From NCBI RefSeq assembly GCF_006345805.1, contig NC_043001.1:36828001-36892000 (forward strand): 64,000 nucleotides of DNA, read 5' to 3'. This DNA comes from Octopus sinensis. Its lineage: Eukaryota. Below, one piece after another: positions 1-12,453 of this stretch. Below the pieces are notes generated by a model. The model worked only from the letters and a program-made list of their open reading frames with translations, had not been told where the DNA came from and did no database searches. A program made the translations under genes and the position numbers. How positions within the stretch are numbered: the first letter of the stretch is position 1; the number at the start of each line of letters is the position of its first letter.

Positions 1-72
1 ATGCACATGATAACACTTCCAATCAGTTAAGATCAAAATCCATGAGAGCCACTGTCTGGTACTGCAATTATT

Positions 73-104
<32 letters not shown>

Positions 105-121
105 CATCATCATCATCATCA

Positions 122-154
<33 letters not shown>

Positions 155-733
155 TATTATTTTATTATTATTATTATTTATTATTATTGAGTGAGAGAGC
201 AGTAAATGCCATCAAGGTGTCACTGGGGTAAAATATACGAAGTCCATTATACCCATCATGACTACCCATCTGATAAGGATACACCAGGCACATGCATCAC
301 AATAATATGTGCGTGACATGGTGATCACATACCAAGATAAACAGCGCATGATCTTGCAGGTGGGGCTCAGTTAGAATTTTCTTCAAGTCGAGTAACCCAT
401 CTCACTCAAAAAGTCCCTGAATAAGGTTTGTTTAAGGATGATGAACAAAACACCCATGTTTCCTGGGGTAAATGGAAATCCCAAAGAATTCCTCTCAACA
501 CATGGCTAAGATGCTCCCCCACTACTTCTGCTCGTGATCAGAGATGCACATATCGGTAGCTACCAAAGGTCATGCTCATCTGGTTATGGTCAAACAACTA
601 ACAAGCAAATCTGTAGTATTGAGCAGAATGTTTTGTTGCCCATCTTTTATAAGACAAAACAATGCACATGATAACACTTCCAATCAGTTAAGATCAAAAT
701 CCATGAGAGCCACTGTCTGGTACTGCAATTATT

Positions 734-765
<32 letters not shown>

Positions 766-779
766 CATCATCATCATCA

Positions 780-847
<68 letters not shown>

Positions 848-1180
848 GAGTTAGAGATCATCGCATGCTATCAAAAGTTCTCTGAATAAGGTTTAAACAA
901 AACACTCACTTTTCCAGCGGTGGTTTACTCACAAATCAAAGAATCCCTCTCAACACATGGCTATGATGCTTCCCTACTACTTCGTTCCTGATCAGAGATG
1001 TCCATATCGTCTGCCGGTAAGGGGTAGTTAAGTATCAAGCAACTGACAAGCAAATCTGTGGTATTGAGCAGAATATTTTTCTGCAGCCCAACATTTACAC
1101 CAAAACAAAACATGTACATGTTAACATTTCGAATTCGTTGAGATCAGAAGCCATGAGAGCCACTTCTTGGTATTGCATAT
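1..1180. repeat. Tandem array of a ~540-bp interspersed element separated by (ATT)n tracts (partial copy 1-69, copy 189-729, diverged internally deleted copy 848-1180)
   Basis: 1-~95 is repeated identically at 662-~755 (period 661 bp). A third copy at 848-1180 is diverged and lacks ~200 bp. Each unit is bounded by ATT/CAT repeats. Confidence 0.85.
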
Positions 1181-1845
1181 TAATTGGGCTGCACTATTTA
1201 ACTGTACTACCATGCGCAGCTTAAGTGCTTTGGGTGTTTGTAGTGTTTTGTTTTTGTTGGTTTTTAGTGTAATGAAACAAACTTGCCGAGCCTGGGTGAG
1301 GTGCCTAGCATTGTTATCTTCTGTATGTTGTGCATGTATATAAATCCTGGCGTTTTGTTAAGTATGTGTTGCTCCATAATTTATCATTCCGAAGGCACCG
1401 ATTTTAATAGGGATTTTTTAGACCCCTTCTTCGGGTTATCTTTGTTCTCAGATATTTATACTTGGATAATTTCCGCTCCGATTAGAGGCTATTTTTTTCT
1501 TGGTGATCCTTTACAACAATATCTGGTCGATTAGGTTTGATATCTCTGCTCTGATGTGTATCTAAAATATGATCCCGTTATTATTCACATTAGTATTTCA
1601 TAGACTCCCATAAGACCAATTTTTTTTAAAGTCACAACTCGGTCGTCCATATATTTATATTTTTTATGGCTAAGAATGGACAGTCAGAAACAATTTACTT
1701 GCTGTATTTGATGGCATAGAAAACTCTTGGGCACATTAGATGCACACCAATCTTATTCAGGGGCACTAAAACATGTAATATAGGCCCAACTCAGCAAGAA
1801 GAAGCTGATTGTTTTAGGCATTTTGGATAGAGAATAAGTACGTCT
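1180..1845 (-). mobile_element. Degenerate 3' part of an RLE-type non-LTR retrotransposon (R4/Dong-like): Zn-knuckle remnant, restriction-like endonuclease and 3' UTR
   Basis: Minus-strand frames give IVSDCPFLA..DDRV, DIKPNRPDIVVKDHQEK (PD..D RLE motif), KLSKYKYL, IPIKIGAFGMI and NIQKITMLGTS, with frameshifts and stops. Confidence 0.8.
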
Positions 1846-1932
1846 TATTTCCTATTAAATGCGGTAGTTTTTTCTTACTCATCTGTATAAGTTTTGTAGT
1901 ACTGTACTCTGATTCATTATATACTTTTGGTA

Positions 1933-2356
1933 AGGCGGCGAGCTGGCAGAATCGTTAGCACACCGGGTGAAATGCTTAGCGGTATTTCGTCTGCCGATAC
2001 GTTCTGAGTTCAAATTCCGCCGAGGTCGATTTTGCCTTTCCTCCTTTTGGGTTCGATAAATTAAGTACCAGTTATACACTGCAGTCGATGTAATCGACTT
2101 AATCCCTTTGTCTGTCCGTGTTTGTCCCCTCTATGTTTAACCCCTTGTGGGCAATAAGAAACGTTAGCGCGCCAGTGAAATGCTTAACGGTATCTCGCCT
2201 GTCTTTACGTTCTCAGTTCAAATTCCACCGAGGTCGACTTTGCCTTTCATCCTTTCGTGGTCAATAAATTATGTACCAGTTGCGTACTGGGGTCGATCTA
2301 AACGACTGGGCCCCTCTCTAAAAATTTCGGGCTTTGTGCATAGAGGAGAAAAGTTT
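1933..2356 (+). mobile_element. Two tandem tRNA-derived SINE copies (Meta-domain-like core) inserted into the R4/Dong LINE
   Basis: Head GGCGGCGAGCTGGCAGAATCGTTAG, B box GAGTTCAAATTCC, and core GAGGTCGACTTTGCCTTTCATCCTTTCG..GTCGATAAATTAAGTACCAG occur twice (1933-2160, 2161-2356). Family naming is from memory. Confidence 0.85.
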
Positions 2357-3170
2357 ATATAGGTTTAGTGATTACTGCATCCAAAACTCCTTCAGTCTCA
2401 GTTCCGTGTCATGTGCTTCTCTACCAGTGGTGCAAATTTTCTTACTCTACTTCCTTTCATTTCAGCATTTTCCTGTTTTGGTTATGTCGAGGTTTTTATT
2501 TCTATAGATTTTCTTAGCATTTTATCGCCCAGTTTTAGCTTAGATTTTAGCCTGTTCACAATTTCTTTTGTGCTTTCTCCATATTCTTTATAACCGACTG
2601 TCATTTGAGCTTTATCTTTTACAGTTGATGCTTTCGTTGAAAATAGAAATATTTTTCTCCTTCGATTGTGTCGTGTAGATATTTATAGTAATTCTCCATG
2701 ACATTTTTGCAGTCCTGTAGATATTTTATAACAGTTTTCTACTTGCCTTCGGCTCTTCTACTCAGTATTCATAAGAAATATAATCTTTCTATATGAGATT
2801 TAGGGTGGTGGATTCTGTTTTTTTTTCTCTCGCCTTTCTAATCTTGCTAGTTCGTTCAGCATCCAACTGAGAATGTTATACGTTTCTTCATATTTCGGGA
2901 TAGCTCTTATTGTTTATGCCTTTTACTTAACTTTTTTTCTATTTAGCTATGATTTAAGTATCAATTTAACACATCCATAATATTTTTCCTTGGTCTTTTT
3001 CACTTGCGTGTGTTGTACATTCTCTAGATCATTGATTTCAACGCTTGTCTGTGTTTGGTCGCCATCTCTTATCTAAGTTTCTTATCAAGAGTAATATTAA
3101 TGTTCTTAATTTTCCACTCTTTAAGGTTGATCTAGTGCATTTTCTAAAACAAATCTATTTATGGCAGGAA
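2357..3170 (-). mobile_element. R4/Dong-like LINE, RT thumb/post-RT region (continuation of 1180-1845)
   Basis: Minus-strand translation gives KYYGCVKLILKS, YNILSWMLNELARLERR, HHPKSHIERLY and ETEGVLDA, matching R4-clade post-RT motifs. Many stops. Confidence 0.75.
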
Positions 3171-3179
3171 AGTTAACAT

Positions 3180-3560
3180 GTTGGGCAAATTCAGATTCTG
3201 CAGAGGCCGACATAGCTTTTCATCGTTTCGTTCGATAAAATAAGTACCAATTGAACACTGGTGTTGATATAATCCACATCAAAATGCTAAATGCATTCTA
3301 GAACCTACTCTTTAACACTGGTTTCAAATTTTGGTACAAGGCCAGCAATTTACGGGGAGGAGTAAAGTCGATTACATTTTCCCCACTGCTCAACTGGTAC
3401 TTATTTTAACGACTCGAAAGATAAAAGTCAAATTCGACCTCGGCATTCCGACCAGGCAAAATGTTTAGCGGCACCCTCCCGTGAATTTGCTGGCTTTGTG
3501 TCAAAATTTGAAACCAATATTATGTGTCTTTCTGTGGATGTGCGGCTCGATTCTCTTTGA
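3180..3560. mobile_element. Degenerate Meta-like SINE fragments in both orientations
   Basis: + strand core ...TTCATCGTTTCGTTCGATAAAATAAGTACCA (3180-3290). Minus-strand copy with CTCAACTGGTACTTATTTT..CGACCTCGGC (3325-3470). Confidence 0.7.
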
Positions 3561-4296
3561 TCTGAACTTATTCTCAGATTCGTTGGATCGCCCGTTTTGA
3601 TGGTAGTATCATATAATTGATTATTCGTATGTGAACACGAGTCGAAAGATATATTCCGTACCACTTTAAACTTTGCCATTGACTCATGCTTATCGACATA
3701 ATAAAAGCATAGCTTATAGGAAATTGCAGTGAATGATTACTTGGTGCTAGGCAGTGAAGAGAAATCCCAGGAATCATTAACACTCTCGCAGCGTCAATGC
3801 GCTAAACTTGCTGACGACCAGTAACTAAATTGTCAGTAGCGTTGAGGACCGTGTATCAAGTATTATTAGAGTCGTCATTTCTGAGGTTAAAGCTTCAGAG
3901 AAGCCATTATTAACATCCCGTCTTGAATTTTATGATGTGAGAAGACAGACAACTCATATTTAGTGAATTCAAAATTTCTGTAAGATAGTGATTTTCTTCA
4001 ACTGAATCTACATTTCTCAGCGTAATCACATTGCAAGGACGTTTATTCCTAATTTCATCAACTAGTTGACATGCATACACGCACACACACATATGCATGT
4101 AAATTTAATACACAATATATAGAATTATCTAATCCGGCAGTAATCACAAAAAAGTTCCTTTAGTGGACCAAGCTATCTAAACCAATACTTAGCGGGGTGT
4201 AATGTAGAGCCCTATGCAGTTGAAATCTAGTAAATCCAGGCAGGGATGATTATTTCATGAGGAATATATAGAATATAAAGTCTATATGCAGCTCAT

Positions 4297-4670
4297 GAAA
4301 CATACATACATACATACATACATACATACATACATACATACATACATACATACATACATACGTACATACGAGGTAAGCAGTCCAGCGATGTCCGATGACA
4401 ACAAAGCATGAGTTCCCAGCGATGGAAGTGCATGTGATTCCGCAGTTCAAAGCTGAAGGCACACAGGCGCCCACATGTTACAACGATAGTCTGTTGTCTG
4501 GATTGAGGCTGATTCTGCCCTGTGACGTCTTTCTCTTGTAGCACTCTTCGAAGGCTTCTTCTTCTCGTGAGGTGAGAGACCTCCACACTGATCTGTCTGC
4601 GGCAAAGGCTTCGAGTTCTAATGCCGCTCCATTTGAAGTTATTTTCCAGAGTGTCTTTATACCTAAGTTT
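4297..4670 (-). mobile_element. 3' end of an RTE/BovB-type LINE with (TATG)n tail
   Basis: Minus strand encodes LEAFAADRSVWRSL..EAFEE and [19 protein letters not shown] (C-terminal CCHH-like motif of RTE-BovB), then a short UTR running into (TATG)n at 4297-4365. Confidence 0.75.
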
Positions 4671-4721
4671 AAGTATATGCACACTTATATACATACATCC
4701 ATACATACATACGTACATACG

Positions 4722-4895
4722 TACATCGTTAGCCACTACACACATTTTTTTCTCTCCTTGTTTTTTCTGTGTTCCTTTCTGTAGAAGAGCGTAGGCTCGA
4801 AACGTAAAACACTTTTTCTATTCCTGAACGTTATATTCCTGTTTGTTTTGTACACCACCTGTTTTCGTCTTTTGTTTTTTTCGTAAACTCTCCCT
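4722..4895 (+). mobile_element. Short microsatellite-flanked repeat with a minimal hammerhead-like motif (4775-4810; variant core CUGUAGA)
   Basis: CTTT-CTGTAGA-A-GAGC(GTAG)GCTC-GAAAC-GTA-AAA. A second copy lies on the minus strand at 56388-56525. Confidence 0.65.
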
Positions 4896-5384
4896 ACATA
4901 CATAATACATGTATGAATGCATGCATAATACATACATACATACATGTGCCTATGCATAGAAACATGTAGCAATGTATTTATGAGTGCATTACCACGTGTA
5001 TCAGTGATGGATGAATTGACAGATTTTGTTTTGTTATATCTATGATTGTTTATAATGATGTCAATGAAATATTACGTCTCTGTATTTATAATTTTAATGC
5101 TTATACTTTTTTTAAAATCTTTTTGTGTAAATTTTCCCAATTTGGTGGGAGACGGTCAGATACCCTCTAACCTGAAAACTAAACCGATTGCTTATAACTT
5201 AGCTAAATCCAACTGCAAACTCATATAAAATTACTGATGCTGCCTGTTGTTTGTGCTAAATCGGTCAAAGGAGTTAAGTCACCAACGAAAAAAGGCAGAG
5301 ACCAGGAAGAAATACCGCAAAGCATCCGGTGTATCTTTCTCACAATTCCACCATCTTAGAAAGGCACTTTTTAAAAAAATTTTT

Positions 5385-5480
5385 ATCGACGTCGAAAAGG
5401 ATGAGAGCGAAAGAGGATCTCGTCGGTATTCGAACTCATAACGCAAGGAATCGGAACAAATAACGATAAGTATTCCTCCC
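5385..5480 (-). mobile_element. Degenerate Meta-like SINE
   Basis: TTTATCGACGTCGAAAAGGATGAGAGCGAAAGAGGATCTCGTCGGTATTCGAACTCATAACG is the reverse complement of the SINE core plus B box. Confidence 0.6.
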
Positions 5481-5691
5481 GCCCCCACCAACACTGTAAA
5501 GGCTGTCAATTCGCCTCTCATGACAGGAATCGTTTCAAATTCCAATTACCCTTGCTATTTTCGGATCATTATCATCATATCATCATCATCATCATCATTA
5601 TACTCATCATAATTATCCTCATCATCATCATCATCATCATAATTATTATTATTATTATTGTTATTATTATTATTATATTATTATTATTATA

Positions 5692-5726
<35 letters not shown>

Positions 5727-7148
5727 GTTATTGTTGTTGTTATTGTTATTGTTATAAGCAAATGCAATATCAGGAGCTTTGACGCTGGTGGTCATTTAAG
5801 TTATTGTGGCAAATACTTGCCATAATAGAGCAATAATCAAAACATATGTATATATTCGTGTGCATGTGTGTGTGAGTGTGTGTGTGTGTGGGTGCTCTCG
5901 CGCGTCTGTATGAATCTGTATATATGTATCTGTACGTATGTATAGCGTATCATTTGCGTTTTGTTCCCGTATGATGAGTGTTGTTGGACATTATTTCAGA
6001 AAATGAAGAACACTTCTCTCAAGAAGCTAAATAAATAAATAAATAAATAAATCATAAAATAAAAAGCAAGCAAATATCATAATAAACGGGGGGAAAATAT
6101 AATAAAACAAAGAATCTATTCCAGAAAAACGTAAAACAAAGCAAAACAAAACAAAAATAGGCAACTAACAAAAAAAAAAGAAACAAAATGCCTAAGCATT
6201 TTGTTTCGGCTGGTTTGTTTAACGCCAAAGTAATCTTTCATCTATTTATTCTTGTTACTTCTACCTCTTTAGATACCCTAAAATCGTACCCATACATCGA
6301 CATATTCTCTTATGTTTGGTTTTGTTTTTATTTTAACTTCTAGGCTCAATTTACTTCGAAGTTACTGAAATTTCTCCTCCCGACTCTCTTTTATCTCAAT
6401 CACTTTCCGACATCCGTTTTTCTCGCCTGGCTTAACAAGTAATTTCTGTTCCCCTTACTTTGCCTCAGTAACTTCTACGTCCATGACATACAAAAAAAAA
6501 AGAAACCCTAAAATGCATATAAATATATATAACATAGAAATAAAAAAAAAAGGGGAGCTACATAAACGAACGCTCCATTAGTCTCTCTGCTACCAGAAGT
6601 TTTATCAAGACGACAAGCAAAATTATTATTATACTTCTCCTTTCTTTCCGTCGTCTTCTAAGCAATTGTGTGAATGGGTCTATTTCATTTATTTTTTTTT
6701 CCCAGTCTATTTTGCTGCTAGGCAGTAGAAGGCACTTGGTCAGGTCATATATATATTTGTAGAAGGAACACCCTGATTAAACACCCAATTTCCTTGTGAA
6801 ACTTAATAGAAAAAGCCCCCCTATTTTTTTTTAGATGATATAGAAGAAAACAAAAGAAAAATCATTAAATGAGAAGAGAAAAAAATCAGGCAATAAAATA
6901 ATAAAACCTTGCTCTATTTCTTTCGACATTGTCTTTTCTTATCCCTCATATTATCTCCCCAACAAACTTATAAACATACATACGAACATACATAACCATA
7001 TGTATATGTGTGCATATATATATGTATATATAATATGTATACACACACATACATGTAGATACATGTATGGATATGTATGTAGAAATATGTATGTGTGCGT
7101 GTGCCTGTATGTATTTACTGCTATATATATATATATATATATTATACT

Positions 7149-7189
<41 letters not shown>

Positions 7190-8084
7190 TATATAATATA
7201 TATATATATACTTATATTATATATATACATACATATATATATATATATATATGCATGTATATAAATGCACATACAAATTCATATATATATAATGAAAATA
7301 TGTGTGTACTGCACATATACACATGCGCGACCACACACACACACACAAACACATATATACGCACGCGTGCACATACGCACACATATACGTATATATATAT
7401 ATATATAATATACTTATACACAAGTGGTTTCCCATTACTTCTTAGCTGTAGGCTAGTGAGTTGGAGGACTTTATGAGACACACGCTTCGATCAAAATGTT
7501 GTCAGTGCATTCTTGTGAAGGAAAGAATCTCTAATATCATGGTATTAAAGCAACCAGCTATCCATCCACTTAAACATATCTATGGAATGTCTGTCTTAAA
7601 GCGATCCACCATTTTTATTCAAAGACAGAAAAGTAAAACGGGACTTGAAACTTAAAAGCGAATTGTATTCCCTATAAGCACAGAATATTTTCATTGTTGT
7701 CGTATTGGTCACAAAATTCGAATTATTATTGTTTTTAGTTTTAAATATTCATCATCGATACTGTGATTGGACACACGACTCAATTTATTAGGGATAAAAG
7801 AATGTGATATTTTTGTTATGCTTTTTGAATGACATAAGCAATGTTAATAAAGTGAAAATGGCTTCAAGAGTGTATTGAAACCGGATCTTTTCGTTAGATA
7901 TCACAAGCCATGCGTCTGTTAAGAAATCATTATGAGCCTGTCAGTCACACCCTAATCTCTCTCTTTCTACACATGCTCTAGCTCTCTCTCTCTCTCCTCT
8001 CTCTCTCTCTCCTCTCTCTCTCCCTCTCTCTTCATTTCTCTATCTCTTTTGAAACCTCTTGTTCCCTCTTCAAATCTTCCGCTT

Positions 8085-8120
<36 letters not shown>

Positions 8121-8822
8121 CTCTTCAAATCTCTCCTTTCCTCATCAACTCACTCTCTCTCTCTCTCTCTCTCTCTCTAACCCTCTCTTTGAAAAATATG
8201 CTACTGATAAAATGACACCTTCCACCTGGCTTTACCCCGGTTCCAAAATTCGCTGGATACCAACCTCTTCCTCTTTGTTATTTGATACTAAAATTGAAGG
8301 ACCATTTGAAACAGCTCTTTGCACTGACTGAGTAGAGTAAACAAATAAATGTATAAATAAAAATTCCAGAAACTAAAAGCAAAAAAAAAAAATAAAAACA
8401 GATATAAAACACACACACAACAAACGCCTGTTGTCTGTATACATCTTAGCTGAGCAACGAATACCACGGTAAGGTATAGATAAATAAACAGCAATTACTG
8501 AGGTTGGCACTTTGGCAAACGCGTCGAAAGCTATTGGCTTCAGAAAGGCATCATAATGTAAATAGTGTTAAGAGTCAAGTTGTATTGTATTTAACTAAAA
8601 AGATTCGCTTCTTAACAAAACTGCCAGTGAAAACACTTCTAATGAAGACGATGAAACTTAGAATAATTGTGGTAACAGTACTTCTATCTGAATGAAAAAA
8701 ACCCCCCAAAAAAAAACCAGCTTTTTCACTTTTACAGAGCTTCATGTCAAGGAAATAATGAGATAGGTATGATGATAAACTGACCATATCGTCAAAAATG
8801 TAATCACTGTATATGCACCTAC

Positions 8823-8868
<46 letters not shown>

Positions 8869-9149
8869 TGTGTGTGTGTGTGGGCGCGTGTGTGTGCATG
8901 TGTGTGTATTTGCGTGTATTTGTGCGCGTGTATTCAGACAGACCACATACAACAAACGTACTTGTACACGACGCTCGTCCTATTGGAAATAACAGCCAAA
9001 TCTCACGACTCACTTTTAACTACTGCACCTTTAGGCTTTACACTAACCACGACATCTAGTTCTTCTTCATCACATTTCTCTTACTGCCAATGTTGTTCTT
9101 GAAGTTCAAGTTCTGAACTTGCAACATTACCTGTGCAGATATATCAGGA

Positions 9150-9910
9150 TTGGTTTGTTTACCACAACAAATATTGAGCAGTTTATCAAAACGATGTATA
9201 GCCCACACAAGACGTGGGTCAATGATAAACAACCCGATATCAAAAACCATGCATACAAGGAATGAGAGAAGCAGGCGCAAACTGCCCTTAAAAGAATGAT
9301 GGAGTATTGGTCATCTAAAGCTGCTGAATTCCAGGAAACAGCAAGCAAGAACGTAAAAGTTTTCTATGAAGATTTCAAAAAGGATTTTACCCTGTGCCCC
9401 GCTTTCCGTGGAAAATGGTTCATTTCCAATCTGTCTTTTGATGGTCACACTTCTTAGACCTAAATTTGTATTCTTTGCCAAAGAAGGAGCCTTTTAATTC
9501 AAACTCTATCGTCACTCATAAGGCAATATGCCATAAAGCAAACCCATGACAAGGATCGCATACTACCCCAAATATTCAAATATGAGAGTAAAATGTTGGC
9601 GCAAAAGCACTTTCAGCTCTTAGAAGTCATCTGGAGAGTTAAGCGTGTACCCCAGAGAAACAAGAATGCATCCATCACGCACCTCTTCAAGAACAAGGGA
9701 ATTTTTTTTCTGTGATAACTCACGTGGCATCTCACTCCGGTGTGTTGTAAGTAAAATTCTGGTAAGGCTAATTCTTAAAATGATAGGGAAACATGTCTTT
9801 TCACTTCGTCAATTTGCGGCTAAAATTCGTGAGAAAAGTCATGAACTGTATATAGTTTTGATGTATCTAACCAAAGCGGTCGATTCTGACAATAGAAATA
9901 CTATCAAAAA
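9150..9910 (+). mobile_element. RTE-clade LINE fragment (pre-RT linker and RT motifs 0-3), heavily decayed
   Basis: Frames give KQAQTALKRMMEYWSSKAAEFQETA, ILPQIFKY..LLEVIW, ASITHLFKNKG..CDNSRGISL..KILVRLIL and FSLRQF..KIREK..LY.VL..LTKAVDS. Confidence 0.75.
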
Positions 9911-10171
9911 ATAGCAGCGATGAAGTATTCCTGATGATAAATTTCGTTTTCCCTTTTATGCAGGAACAAAAAGATGTTTCATCAGACGGTTGAATTTCAG
10001 ACTATCAAATCTGTTTACATGCGAGTATGTATAGATGAATATATATTGGCATGTGTATACATGAATGTGCGAATTTATGCTTACATGCATACACGGGCAT
10101 TTTAGCTCTCTGTATAAATTATATATATGTGTGTGTGTGGTGTGTGGTGTGTATGTATGTAACTATGTCTG

Positions 10172-10202
<31 letters not shown>

Positions 10203-10215
10203 TCTATATATATAT

Positions 10216-10312
<97 letters not shown>

Positions 10313-10421
10313 TTTGAATGATTAATAAGAGAGACAAAGCTTGGAAGATACGAGAAAGTTTATTGATCACTACAATTATTTGGTCCCATCTACCATGTAT
10401 ATATAATATATTAGTTGTGTG

Positions 10422-10464
<43 letters not shown>

Positions 10465-10472
10465 TATAATAC

Positions 10473-10528
<56 letters not shown>

Positions 10529-10668
10529 TATATATATTATACAATATATATATTATATAATATATATATGATGAATATATAGTATAGTAGATATTAGATA
10601 GATAGATAGATAGATATAGATAGATAGATAGATATCTAGATATATATATATGTATGGTGTGTTATATA

Positions 10669-10699
<31 letters not shown>

Positions 10700-10916
10700 C
10701 CTATATCTATACATATATATATATACTATATATATATATATTATATATATATATATATACATATATATAACATATATATATATGCGTGTATATATGTGTA
10801 TATAGCATATATATATATATATATATATAATATCTCTATAGATAGATAGATAGGTAGATAGATGATAGATAGATATATCCTAGATATATATAAGATAGAT
10901 ATCATCCTATATTACA

Positions 10917-10952
<36 letters not shown>

Positions 10953-11570
10953 TGTATGTATGTGTGTTTGTATGTTGTTCTGACTATATTTGGCTGTGTA
11001 TTCATTCGAGCAATAGTGCCGTGGATATAAAAAAAGACATTAGAAATGCATATAATATATATTTATAGGTAGGTTCATTGATATATAGGTAAACAGATAG
11101 ATACACAAGTAAGTAGATAGATAAGTACGTAGGTAATATGTACAGATAAACACATGCACGCACATACACACATACACTACACACACATACATACTATCAC
11201 ACATACATTCATGCATGCATGCATGCATACATACATACATACATACATACATACATACGTACATACATACATACATACATACATACATACATACATGCAT
11301 ACATGCATACATACATACATACATACATACATACATACATACATACATACATACATACATACATGCATGCATACATATGTGTAAACGCATGCACGCTGAC
11401 GCAGACACATGTCCACACAAGCAAACAAAAGGAACGCAGCTCCGACAACGGATTTAGTCAAAACATAAATAAATATATAAACGGAGTGGAAATCGAACCA
11501 GTGAATGTGTTAATAAGGCGTAAAGACAAAGTGACTCTCCCCAGACACAACAAAGATACGTAAAGACACT

Positions 11571-11975
11571 GAGTGGCTGTGTGGTATGTAGCTTGCTTAC
11601 CAACCACATGGTCCCGGGTTCAGTCCCACTGCGTGGCACCTTGGGCAAGTGTTTTCTACTATAGCCTCGGGCCGGCTATAGTGAGTGGATTTGGTAGACG
11701 AAAACTGGAAGAAGCCCGTCGTACATGCATATATATGTATATGTATGTGTTTGTAGATGCTTGTGTGTCTGTGTTAGTCTCCCTACCAACATCGCTTGAC
11801 AACCGATGCAGGTGTGTTTATGTCCACGTAGTTTAGCGGTTCGGCAAAAGAGACCGATAGAATAAGTACTAGGCTTATGAAGAATAAGCTCTGGGGTCGA
11901 TTTGTTCGACTAAAGGCTGTGCTCCAGCATGGCCGCAGTCAAATGACTAAAACAAGTAAAAGAGTAAAAGAGTAA
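11571..11975 (+). mobile_element. tRNA-derived CORE-type SINE (OR2-like), full length with internal microsatellite
   Basis: Head GTGGCTGTGTGG...GGTTCAGTCCC, core GGCACCTTGGGCAAGTG..CTACTATAGCCTCGGG, internal (TA/TG)n, and tail ...CCAGCATGGCCGCAGTCAAATGACT.AAACAAGTAAAAGAG. Confidence 0.9.
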
Positions 11976-12370
11976 GGGTGACATAAGTAAGTGTCTAGAA
12001 ACCCTACGACCACGACCCCAAGTGAGATCTTGATATAATGGTTACTTTAAGGTCATTGCATAGTGAGCGTATGGTCAATGCAGGCCTATTGTTTAATGAC
12101 TAATACATGATATACAATGTATAACATCTTACATCCATTAGTTTCAGCAAGGATATTACATACATCATTTATATATATACGCAAATAAGTTTGTCTCTAT
12201 AGACATGCATTCATACATGCGCAGACCTACATACTTACATATACACATAAATATACATGCATACATATATGTTTGTATGTGTGAGATGGTGAGTGCGTCG
12301 TGTATATATATACAACTATGTGTGTGTGCGTGTGTGTGTGTGCGTGTGTGTCTGTGTGTATATTCATATA

Positions 12371-12413
<43 letters not shown>

Positions 12414-12453
12414 TTTTTTACTTATGTATATACATATACGTATTATGTATATA

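Noticed and set aside
5247-5545. Protein-like ORFs on both strands (MFVLNRSK.., MEFETIPV..)
   Set aside because: They overlap a degenerate minus-strand Meta-like SINE at 5385-5480, and no recognisable domain is present.
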